Assembly: GCA_964016885.1 (NCBI GenBank)
Contig: OZ024740.1
Location: forward strand, 190,278,001 to 190,342,000
DNA length: 64,000 nucleotides
From: Eledone cirrhosa
Taxonomy: Eukaryota
Reading direction: 5' to 3'
How positions within the stretch are numbered: position 1 is the first letter of the stretch; each line of letters opens with the position of its first letter. Positions 41,655 through 53,776 of the stretch are shown here, piece by piece. The position numbers and the translations under genes were made by a program. Under the pieces are notes generated by a model, which was not told where the DNA came from, did no database searches, and saw nothing but the letters and a program-made list of their open reading frames with translations.

Positions 41655-44600
41655 TTATGTTATTGCCCACAAGGGCCGACATGTAGGGGACAATACAAAA
41701 GAGTGGGGGGGTTACATATACAGGGGGGTTACATATAGAGCGCGTAAACAATACACATAACAATAAGAAAATAACAATAAAAATACAAGGGAAACTCCCC
41801 AATAGGGGAATATCCACCCAGGGTTGACTCAGGTACCCCACCAATCCTGAACCACCCAAAGCTTCGAAAGCACCCAGGAAGGGCACCCCTCTCCTCCTCA
41901 AATCATCCACCTACAGGCGCATGATCAGAGTAGGTCCACGCACACGGGCCATTCTCGCCACATTTACGCACCTTTCAGCAAATGTACTGGGGGGCAGCAC
42001 TTCTCTCTCCACACTCCCCTTCCTTTCCAAGTGAAACTTGAAAAAGTTGACGAGAGATTGGCCGAAGATAAAGGTGTCCGTCTTCAGTCCTTTCAACCTG
42101 GTCCACTATACAAACCTTTTCGCTACTGCAACTAGGTAGAGGACAATTGCCAGCCCTTCCTGGCCAAAAGACGCGGCGGGTCGATCTTCACTACGGACTC
42201 GGCCGATTGCCGGATCCGTTCTAGACGAGACAACAGCTGTTCGACATAACTCCACAAGTCAGTAATGCACGGGCACTGGACGAGTGCGTGCATAACGGTT
42301 TCGTCGCTGTGCGAACATCTCGGGCAGGTCCGTCTGACAACACTTCCGTGTCTGTACAATTTATCTCGAACCAGCAATGCCCCCCGATAGCACTGCCAAA
42401 CGAGGGATATTTGGAATATATCCATCGTCCCCGGCTCGAATGTCCTCCGGAACAGACTGGTTAGTTTGACTTCGTCGACGCCCAGAGCCTCTCCGGGTTT
42501 ATTGTCACGCTTTCCCACCACTAATCATATACAGAACTCGTGATTGGAAGTTCTACTGATCGCATTGCCCACCTGGTAGAGGGCAGTGAGTGCCTGGCAA
42601 TATTCCAGATGCCAGTCACCCAGTCTCGCTCTCTTCCTGACCCAGGACTGCAGCTCAGTCAAAGAGACGAACTGCGGAAAGGCCCTTCTGACAAACGGCG
42701 ACCACACGCATTGACATTTTAGGCAGAATATCTGGAGATGCCACAGCTCAGCGCATGTCTGCGCATCATTAGTCACGGTATGCCCAGCCCTCCACATAGA
42801 GGGTGCTGGCATCAGATGGACCGCCTCACCAATAGAACTTGCCCCTTCCCCCCACCCCCGATGATTTGAAAAGGATCCATTTCAAGTCGGTGAGGCGCCG
42901 ACGGGGAGGACAAGGAACGAAAGGTCAGGTGGTAGTAGATGACGGACGCGATGCCCGCGTTCACCATCTCCGCCCGACCTTTCAGTGAAAGCTTCCTCAC
43001 AGCCCTTTTCTGGGTGAGACCGACTACCCTGCCCCGTCACCTCGTCCCAATTCTTATCCACTTGGAATTCTGGCCCGAACCAAACCCCGCGAAACTTTAC
43101 CGATCCGTCCGTCCAACACCAAACGGCGCTGTTGGATGGCATGGATTTGCATCGCCAGCTGCTGAGTTGCAAGCCCACCGACTTTTCCGGGATAAGTTTC
43201 GGTCCCATCAACCTTTCATATTCCTCCAATAAGTTGCCGGCCACCTAGATTTCCGAGGTGTCCGACATCATCACGGTCATGTCGTCCGCATAAGCCGGCA
43301 CAGCGTTTTCGCGTTTCGTTTCGAGCGGGATTCTCCGCAACAGCTCCAGCTTCCGCAGTAAAGGCTCGAGAGTGGAGACTGTGGAGATTGTGGAGGTTGC
43401 CGTGTATGGACTTGGTCGGGATTGTGCAAGTTTGCGCCTCCCCAACTAAATCCTCGACGACAAACACCAACCTCTTCGATAACACCTTGGCCAAAATCTT
43501 AACGTCTGTGTTTAGCAGAATTATGGGCCTAACATTATCTAATGTCTCCCTCTTATTCTCGTCTTTCCTTATCAGTGTCACTACGCCCCGTCTCACAGAA
43601 CTGGGAATACTCCCATAGTGCTGCCAGGTGCAGTAGAACACTTCGAGGAGATCCGAGAACAAGTCTGACATATTTACATAAATCTCAGTGGGCAGACAAT
43701 CCAAACCGGGTGACATGCGCCTCATGCAGCCGACAAGGGGATCCTGAATTTCGGCTGAAGTTATCTGCCTTTCGCAGCGCTCAGCGTCGGCCGTCGAGAG
43801 TTGCAGAAAGCACTTATGGTAGGGACTGAAGTCCGCCACCGTCTCTGACCCGCCACTACCCCCGAGCACCGAGGAAAATGCTGGCGGAAGGCCTCACACA
43901 TCCATCTGGAACCGTTCAGTTCGTTCGCGTCTCCGTCCATCAAAGACCAAATTGTGGTCTTATTGCCACGCTGCGCCTCTGCCACGCGGGTCCATCGAAC
44001 ATCTTTGGTTGCTTGGTTTCTCAGAGCACACGCCTTTGCTCTGACAATGCAACATTTATATTTCGCATTGAAGAAATGGTCTAATGCCATTCTCCGCGCT
44101 AGTACGTCAGTTGCAATGCAACTACAAATAGCCTCGTCTAACATATCTACCAGCACCCCTTCCTTTCTATTTTTCTCTAACGCTACTTCTTTGCTAAACC
44201 CCATCGACATTATTCTAATCTCTCTTACTCTAATCTCTCTTTTGAGAACCCCCACCATCTGTTGTTGACGACTCCCCATGTCAACTTTTGCTTAACTAAT
44301 TTTTTGTCGCGGTCCCTGTAAGCCTTACGTGCCGGAAATCACATGTTTAGCTTCCAGTAACGGGGTCCTAACCTACGCGTCGTATCTATGTCGACCATGG
44401 AGATCACAAACTTGTGATCTGAATAAGCGACCGTTTTAAAATTGGACAGCTTACACTATTTCTGTCTATTTTCCTAATGAATATCCTGTCTATATACGAT
44501 CGAGATGACCCTATGAGGTTGGGCCAGGTCCACACTGGCGCATTAGGGAAATCTAGTCTGTACCTGTCAGAGAGTTGGAACTGGCTGATCAGGTACTTGA

Positions 44601-47151
44601 GGCTTTTGCACCTCCCGCTCCTATCGGATACTCTCACACAGTCCCAGCGTGCGTCTAAGATGCCGTTCCAGTCCCCGGCTAACAGTAAAGGGCGAGAGGT
44701 ACCCAGAATGGCTTCCATGCGTCTAAAGAAGTCCGGTCGTCTTGTCCCGCTAGGGGCGTAGACGGCCACCAATCTAATGGCACCGTCTTCGCTATTATTC
44801 ACGTCCTGGACCACCAACGTACCGTCTGGGTCCCGGAAGATCGACCTTACCTCGAGATCCAGGACCCTCCTAAATAGTACTGCCAACCCACCTCCCATTC
44901 TCCTCCGACTAATGGATGCGAACATCTGGTAGTCGTCGAAAATGGGGGCTAGTGCGCGTGTATCGTAAATTCTGGTCTCCCTGATGGCAATTACATCCAT
45001 TTCCAGAGACCTGAGGTCGTTGAGCAGGTGACCCTGATTCCAGGTCGATCCCAATCCTCGAACATTTAAACTTCCTATGCTTAATACGGCCACTTTGGCC
45101 AGTTAAAAGGGAGATGAATGGTTTACTTACCTTCCGGGCTCTTATGAAGGTTGGGTGGTTCGATCTCCATAGTTGGTGTGGTTTCTTTTGAGAACCCCCT
45201 TTAAAATTATTGATGTGGGTTTTACGTTCCGCGTTCCCACGTCCCGAGGAAAGCTGTCTCGAAGTTCTTTGTAGAAATCGAGCGACGTTGACACCAGAAA
45301 CAAATCTTCCGGTACGCGAAATATGCTCGCTTAAAACATGTCCCCTTTATTTTGTATTTCTTTGCTTCGTGCTACGAAAGCCATCATTTCCTTGTTGGCT
45401 CTTCTGACGAGCACGAAGTTTTGTATGTTTTGTTGGTGTGATTTTATTTGTTTGCATGTCTGTGGTGATGATGGTTTTGGTGGTGTTGTTTCGGTTGTGT
45501 CTCTGTTGTGAGTGCGGTGTCTTGCATTTTGGGAGATTTTGGTTTTCCCTCATTTCTCCACTGGTAAATTAGGGGTCTCAGACTGTAAGTGTGTCTATAT
45601 CTATGTGTGTGTTTGTGTTTTTATTGATGTGTGTATTTGGGGAGGGGGGTGATTTGACAACTTTCCTCGGTTCCCCACTAGGTGGTCAATGTTGGTAGTG
45701 GTGGTGTATCTATTGGTGTTGTTGCTGGTGGTCTTGTCGGTGCTGGTGTTGGTAGTGGTCCTCGCCCCGGGGTTGCAGCAGTGGAGCCCTTCGACCCCTT
45801 GCATCTTTCAGCAGTTGAGGGCAGAAGATTCACAAATGTGTTTTTTCCTTACAAATGAAACAATGCGGCCTCTTGCCCTTAGTCATAATGTGAATTACCA
45901 TCCCGTTCTGAAGACGGATGTGGTCCGGGATTATTTTGACATTCTCCAGCCTGATCTTGAGAAGTATCTCCAGGTCAACCCCGGACCTCTCCCGCCTTGC
46001 AGTTCTTGTTGCTTCTATCGGTACGGTATGCGTCCCCTCCAAAATCGCACACCACAGAAGTCACCACATGTCATGTCCTGGTGGGATTCTGAGAATGTGG
46101 AGACGAGCTGTTCGTTTTCCCATGTGGGAGTGGTACATAATGACCTTGGAGGTCTTGCAAGGTGTCATATCATGTTTCATAGCGAAGGCTTCTGATTTAA
46201 ACAGCACCGAAATTGTGCCGTAATATCTGCCCCTCACTATGTATTTGGTGTCATCTCTGAAGCACCTCAGCGCGACTTCGAAATCTGCTTGTTCAATTAA
46301 AGCTGCCCCCTTGGTTTCTGCTCAGATGCATCTGTAATGCACCGTTCTGCGCTTCTCTTCTCCAGTAGCTTCTAACTGGACAGTTAAATTGGCCCAGGTT
46401 TGCTCTTGCTTGATGAACTTCCAGGCGTGGGCCAACTTTCATCTTGTTCGAGAGATTCATGCTGAAGTATGGCCTCCTGTTGGCTGCTGCCGCAGAGAAA
46501 GTGTTCTTGTTGTTGTCGTTGGTTGTGTTGCTGTTCTTGTTGGTGTTGTTGCTGATATCACTGTTGCAGTTGGTTATATCTTTGGTGTCAACGTTGTTGT
46601 TGTTCTCTGTGCAGTTGGTATTGTTACTGTTGGTGCTGTCGCTGTTTCTGTGCTGGTTAGTGATGTTAATTTCGTTGTTGTTTTTGTTGTCATCATTTCT
46701 GTTGTATGTCTTTTGGTTGTCGTTGTTATGCTGTGGTTGGTATTGTCATTGTTTATTTCATTTTATTTTATTTTATTTTATTTTTTTAAAGGTTATTGTT
46801 CTCAGTATTGGTGTTGCTGCTGCAGCTGTTCATGCAGTTTGTGGTGGTGTTGCAAAATGTATCTGTAGTATAAATCAATGTGTTTGCCGCTTCCCTCCTC
46901 TCAACATTTAGGTCGCTGTCACACGGCAGCAGACTTAAAGTTGGGGGTCGTGGCTAAGCCAGGTTTTTTTTTTTTTTAGAATTTAAAAAAAAAATCCGAA
47001 ATAGTTCCAATATGTGGGCCAGTCACACATTCAGAAGGAAAAGACGGACGTCTGTCGATCCTTTTCAAAGAATACAACAATTATTATGAATGAATATAAA
47101 CAAAAAATATCCTACTTTTGCTCCCAAAACACGTTTTTACTGACTGACAGA
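41655..47151 (-). mobile_element. Tx1/L1-clade LINE C, a diverged family, end-to-end but decayed
   Basis: ORF1 knuckle CFICKEKTHL..C; APE ORF 44404-45093 (SLNVRGL, VYAP, GDWN, IDRI); RT (SPGLD, RPIILLNTDVKILAK, AYADD); CPRC..ETVMHALVQC. Confidence 0.88.
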
Positions 47152-47179
47152 CAATAATAATAATAATAATAATAATAAA

Positions 47180-49137
47180 TTAAATGGCAAGAACATGTAT
47201 GAAAAATACGCACAAAGAGCTAACAATCCTGGTGTTTGACAACACTTTAACCCATCAGCGATTGGCATCCTCTGGACTGAAATCGGAGACTGAAGGACTG
47301 ATTATATTAATACAAGATCAGTGTCTGCCAACAAAAATTATCAATTTAACATCAATTAAAATGGATGCAAACCATTATGCCATGTAGGTAAAAAACAAAC
47401 AGAGACCATTGATCATATAATTTCAATGTGCAGGCATATAGCTCCAACCGAATACCTAAACACGACACAGCTACACAATACATACATTGGGTAATGTGTA
47501 ACATCATGTCTTGCCCCATCAAAAAGAGTTGGTGGGAGTGTCAACCACCTCCCGTACTTTAAGAAGATCACATCTCAATATTGTGGAACTTTAGCATCCA
47601 AACAGACCGAAAGATAGATGCAAATAGACCTGATATAATACTGAAGGACTTTAAAAGGAGGGCATACTTGCTAATTGATATGACGGTTCCAATAGACAAC
47701 AATTGTCTACGTTGGATAGCCTCAAGCTCCGTGGTTAGTTTGACACTATAGGGTGACCACAGCTGGAAGCAATAGTCCAGGCGGCTTAGGACAAGTGTCC
47801 TCTATAGTGTCAATATGGTCTCTCGTTCTCTTGTCCGGAAAGTCATCAAGATACGGCCAACGAGTCGTCTGCACCTTGTCGCTACTTTCCTGATGTGTGG
47901 TCGATCATGTATATTGTTAGGTCTCGTATCGATTTCGACACGGGAATTTCGGTCCCTCCTGGTCCAATGTAACTGTATTGTACTGTATTTGTTTTTGCAC
48001 GTTGGTATTGTAGGGCTTGACATGTTCCAGAATTAAATTGCACGTTGTTTTCTTCAGCGCATTTGTATATGGCATCCAGATCTTGTTGTAAAAGGGCAGC
48101 CGAAGCCGGCTTTTGATTGTCTGTGCTACCATAGTGTCATCAGCAAAGTTAGTGAGGGATGTTGTATGTAGTACAGAGGGCATGTCTGAGAGAGACACCA
48201 CAAATCGTAGTGGTCCCAGGACTGTGCCTTGGGCTATTCAACTTGTTATTGTTGTTTCCTTTGAGAAGGCCCCATTTGCTGCAACTGTGTGGCTCTGTCC
48301 TTTAAGAAATCATGCAGACACTCACCTACTTTTCCAGTTATGCCAACTCTGAGTAGTTTGTGACATATCGTTCCGTGGTCGACCTTGTCAAAAGCCTTCG
48401 CAAAGTCAAGATATATCACGTCCACATGAGCGCTATCCAGTATTTGTTTCAGTATCTTGTCATAGCATATTGGGCAGCTTCTTACTGGGCGAAAGCCATG
48501 CCGCGTGCTAGTTAGGCGGTCATTTTCCTCGAGCAATGTGATCAGTTTCTTTCTGATGATACGCTCCATGACCTTACTGATATGTAATAAGACTGGCCAG
48601 TAGTTTTTGCCTCCGTTCTGCTACCTCCTTCATGGATAGGCCATACTGAGCCTTCTTTCACTTCTCTGAGTAGTCTACCGCTAGCCAAGGAGCTTCTGAA
48701 GAGCGTCGTCAGTGGAGCTGCAAAGGCACGCTTACATGTTTTTAGGAGGACTGCTGGGAATCCACCAGTTCCAGCAGCTGAATTGAAAAATTGAGCAAAT
48801 ATAGAAAACTGGAGAGAGAGATTGGAAAGAAAGTTGAGAACTAAAACAATACCAGTGGTTGTAGGCACTCTAGGAATGATAACTAAGGGGTCTAATGATT
48901 ACTTATCCCGAATCACAGGAAACTCCCGTATAGAAGAAATACAAAAGATAGTACTAATGGGAATTGCCCATATACTAAGGAAGATGCTGTCAATATAAAT
49001 ACATCACAAGTCTAAACGCTTAAAGATACATGTGTGTGTATGTGGGTTCTTTCTTGAACATGGCGGACCTTGTTGTCTATTCATGTCACTGGTTATGACT
49101 TGGTGATATCTCGTATGAACATAAGGCAAGATAGATG
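47180..49137 (+). mobile_element. R4/Dong-like 3' fragment interrupted by a CR1 piece
   Basis: GLKSETEGLIILIQDQ, ETIDHIIS.C, ILWNFSIQTDRKIDANRPDI; resumes at ~48787 with KLSKY...TIPVVVGTLG; (TAA)n at 47152-47178 and 49138-49191. Confidence 0.85.
47720..48786 (-). mobile_element. Internal CR1-like RT fragment, same family as 21944-22853
   Basis: NSAAG..GFPA, HGFR, IYLDFAKAFDKVDH, FADDT, FRTRE. Confidence 0.88.
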
Positions 49138-49138
49138 A

Positions 49139-49191
<53 letters not shown>

Positions 49192-49192
<1 letters not shown>

Positions 49193-52100
49193 TTTTAACA
49201 TATTTAAACCATTTGTGAAATAACAACTCTTAGTACAAATGCTACGTAAAGCACCCGGCTTGAGCCCCAAAAAATTCGGACCCAAAATATATTGTTATAA
49301 GGCTCAAATGTTCAAATATTCAACTTTGTATTGTACACTGTATATCCAAAAAAGAAAATGACTATAAATGGAAGAAGAAGAACCCCCCTCCCTCCTCTCC
49401 TCTGGCTACACTATATAGGACAGCTAAACGCACCAACACCAGAAACTAGATACACCACCCACCCCATCATCTGTGTACACTAAACAACAGCCAGATAACG
49501 ACATTTTCACCTCACCGCCACCGCTCACTACGGCCATCATTACCACCACTATCCCATCACCGCCGCCACCACCCCTTGACTCCTTCACTACTGCCACCGC
49601 TACAGCACCATCACTACAGTAATACGGGCACATCACCGCCACCACTGCCTCGGTATCGACATCACCACCACCACTGTCTCAGTATCGCTACCGCCGCAGT
49701 CTCCCACTTCTCCCTGCTGGCTGCTACTCCCACATTATAGAATTCCTACTACTAACAAAGAGGAAGGCATCAAAATATATAGATAGACTCAAAAGAAAAA
49801 AAGAAAAAACAAACAACAAAACCAAAGCAACACAGCGACAACAGCAAAAACGAGAAAAACAAACAGAGAAAAACAAAAACAAAAAAAGAAACCCCCAAAA
49901 CGTAAAGAAAATAAGAATGAAGAGAGAAGCAGGCGGGCGGACAGAGAAGAGGGGGGAAAAAGTAAAACTTAAAAAACAAAAACTAAGTCAGACATTCGAA
50001 CACTACATTACAATGAAACTTATGCTTATTCATTTTTGGGGCCCTTTCTGCCTGTGTGTTTGTTTGTTTATGTGTGTTCGTATACAGCGTGGCGATAATG
50101 CCACACAAGGGCCAAGTGGGATGGCAGATCCACAGATTGCTATGTAACTATACATTCGCCAATCCTCGATAAGAGTGTTTAAATATCGAACATAAACAGT
50201 TCGAATAACGGTGAAATGGAGACTAGAACGTCATGTGACAGACTCTCACCCAACAGGTGCCCTCTGGCTCAGCAGCAGGAACCTGACTGTCAACCAAATA
50301 CTGCTGATGTTGGAGGAAGAAGAAGAAGGAAAGGGGCCAGAACCAACTGGACGAAAGAATTGAATAGAACTGTTATGCAATGCTACCTGAAAAGTAACCC
50401 CAAGGAGAGGGGCTACAGGAGACGGATGCATAACATCTGGAACGAGATTGGTTTATTTAAATTAGATGAACAAAAATTGGCCGGGCAGGCTCGGGTAATA
50501 AGAACTAATGGGTGGATAAGCGAGCTGGAACTGGAGGAACTGAGCAGAGAGAATGGCTTGGAGATGGCGGGTGTAGTATGCCAGACAAGCGAGCCGGTGG
50601 GAAATGAAGGTGAGGAGGTCCTGAGAACGGAGGAACTACCCGAAGCAGACAATGATCTGAATACTGAGATAAATAATACCTGGAACAGAGATACGGCCAC
50701 TGAGGAGATGAATGCTGACGGGCTAGGACAAGATTCGGTTGACATCCTAAATTTAGTGGTAGATGAATTGAACAATGATAGTGGGAGACCTATGAACCTA
50801 AGATTTGTAGACAGGAAAAAGTTAAAAGAAACAACAGCTAAGGTAAACAAAGTCATCCCATACCTTGAGGCGAGGAGCCTTCACCAGTGCAACAATATCC
50901 TCAAAGCAACAGCAAATACGGTGAGGAAACTACTTGGTATAAAAGCGAGAGGAAACAACAGACAAGAAAGAGCAGAGCCGTGGTGGAAGAAGCGACTGAG
51001 TGGGCAAATCGGGGAAATGAGAAATGACATAGGAAAGCTTGAGTCACTACTGAATGGGACACTAAAAAACATAGGCACTAAAAATAGACTGGAAATAAAA
51101 TACAAAACTAGGAGTAAAAAGCTAAATATTATCATAGAGGAATTGAAGCAACGCATTGTAGCACAGATTGCAAAAATCAGGCGATACGAGAACAGAGTCA
51201 GTCAGTATAAACAGAACCGCATGTTCGACAACAACCAGAAGATGCTGTTTGGACAGCTTGAGGGGAAAGAAAGAGGCAACGACTTGATCCCTGGGGCGGA
51301 ACAAACTAAAACATTCTGGAGAGGAATATGGGAGCAGGATGTTAGACACAATGCCCAGGCAGGGTGGTTTGAGACAGTACAGAGGGAGATCGGTGAGCAG
51401 GCACGACAACAGACTGATTTGAGTATCACAGTTGAAACTCTTAAGGGGCAAGCCAAAAAACTAACCAACTGGAAATCACCAGGCCCAGATGGTGTGCAGG
51501 GGTATTGGATTAAACATTTAACATCCCCCCACCCGAAGCTGACGGCCATGTTCAATGACTGCTTGGTGTCGGGTGAGGTGCCAGAGTGGTTGACAAAAGG
51601 TACCACAGTTCTGATAATGAAAGACTGAATCAAGGGTAATGATGCTACCAACTATAGACCTATCACATGTCTGCCCGTAATGTGGAAACTGTTGACGAGC
51701 ATTGTGTCTGAAGAAATCTACCATCACCTCCACACAAACAACTTGTTACCGGACGAACAGAAAGGATGCCGAAAGAAGTCACGTGGTACAAAGGACCAGT
51801 TGCTTATTGATAAGATGGTAATGGGGAATTGCAGGAGGAGACACACTGATCTTGCCATGGGATGGATAGACTACAGAAAGGCATTTGACATGGTGCCTCA
51901 TTCCTGGATCACCAACAGCCTGGAGATCTTCAGGGTGGCGGATAGCATCAGACAGTTGCTAGGCAGGAGTATGGGGTCCTGGGAGACAGAGCTGACATCA
52001 ACTGGAGTATCCTTGGGAAGCGTGAAGATCAAGAGAGGTATCTTCCAGGGAGATAGCCTGTCCCCTCTGTTGTTTGTCCTTGCCCTGATGCCCTTGACCA

Positions 52101-53694
52101 TTATGCTGCGAAAAGTGAGAGCAGGATACAAGTTGGGAAGGGGAGAGCTTACCATCAATCACCTCCTCTTCATGGACGATCTTAAGCTCTTCGGGAAAAG
52201 TGAGAAGGAGTTGGATGTGCTTGTTGACACTGTCCGTATTTTCAGCAGTGATATATGTATGCAGTTTGGTATTGGTAAATGTGGAGTCATTGTGATGAAG
52301 AGGGGTAGGTTGAGCAGAAGTAACGGGATCCAGATACCAACAGGTGATATGATAAAGGAAATTGACTCTGAGGAAGGATACAAGTATTTGGGCGTTCTGG
52401 AGGCTGATGGCATAAAGAACAAAAAAATGAAGGAATTGTTAAGAACTGAATACATTCGGAGAGTAAGGAGCGTATTGAAGTCACATCTGAACAGCAGAAT
52501 TGCCATAAGCGCAGTAAATTCCCGAGCTGTGTCTATTATTAGGTACAGTGCGGGAATTCTGAGATGGAATGTTGCTGAACAAAAAGAAATGGATAGGAAG
52601 ACTAGGAAACTATTGACTATCTACAACATGTTCCACAAGAGGAGTGATGTCGATAGACTCTACCTAAGGAGATCTGAGGGTGGAAGAGGTCTTATCAGCA
52701 TAGAGGACTGTGTTCAGATGGAGAAAAACAACCTATGCAAATACGTGACCTATAGTAAGGAGCCAATGCTCAGAACTGTACTGAAGGAGGGGACAGTAGG
52801 CCAGGGGATGTCCAAGGAGGAAATAACATCAAGGAGGAAGAGCAGCCTTAAGGGAAAATCCCTTCATAGTACCTTCTTTGAGAAAACTGAATTTAGAGAT
52901 CCACAGACATGGAACTGGTTGAGAAGAGGAGACCTCAAAAAGGCTACAGAAGGAATGCTAATGGCTGCGCAGGAGCAGGCCCTCAAAACGAAGTGGTTGA
53001 AGCACCATATCTACAATGAGGAGGCTAGCCCACTGTGCAGGATCTGTGGAGAGAGAGAGGAGACTGTGGCTCACATTGTGTCCGAGTGTAAACACCTAGC
53101 CCAGACCACTATAAGGGCTGGAGACACGATGTGATGGGCAGGGTGATTCACTGGCACCTGTGCAAAGTAAACAATCTACCACATTCTGAGAAATGGTATG
53201 AGCATAGGCCAGAGGCGGTGATGGAGAACAATCAGGTGAAGGTGCTGTGGGATTTTAGGATACAGAGGGACAAAAAACTGGAACACAATAGACCTGACCT
53301 GGTGGTTGTGGACAAAGAAAAAAGATCGTGCCTGATTGTGGATGTGGCCTGCCCGTTCGACACGAGAGTACAAGAGAAGGAGAGGGAGAAAATTAACCGA
53401 TACCAGGACCTAAAGTGGGAGGTGAAAAGGATTTGGAACTGCCATGAAGTCAAAGTGATCCCGATTGTCATAGGCGCACTGGGGACTAGCTCCAAAAGTT
53501 TCCAGGGATGGTTAAAGAAAATCGGCCCCTTCACGCTTTTTTGGAACGCTTCAAAAGGCATGCTTGCTTGGAACAGCAAGAACCCTCCGATACGTCCTGA
53601 ATATCTGAGGCTGCAGGTAGTGGCTTGATATTCAATCCAACGGACTTTCCAGTTAACCAACATCAATGACTGAGATTCAAGGAATAACAATAAC

Positions 53695-53775
<81 letters not shown>
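49192..53775 (+). mobile_element. R4/Dong-like non-LTR retrotransposon, copy 1, with ~1-kb leader and (TAA)n tail
   Basis: Single ORF layout: Myb-like N-terminus, RT ([28 protein letters not shown]), [14 protein letters not shown] and a PD..D REL. Confidence 0.93.
50216..53608 (+). pseudogene. Dong RT-REL ORF; TGA at 51626 and two 3' frameshifts
   Basis: ORF pieces 50216-51628, 51680-53134 and 53131-53628. Confidence 0.92.

Positions 53776-53776
<1 letters not shown>

Noticed and set aside
50085-50215. Possible HDV-like ribozyme upstream of the Dong ORF (also at 53776-53835)
   Set aside because: Hairpins exist, but I could not build the nested P1/P2/P3/P1.1 pseudoknot.
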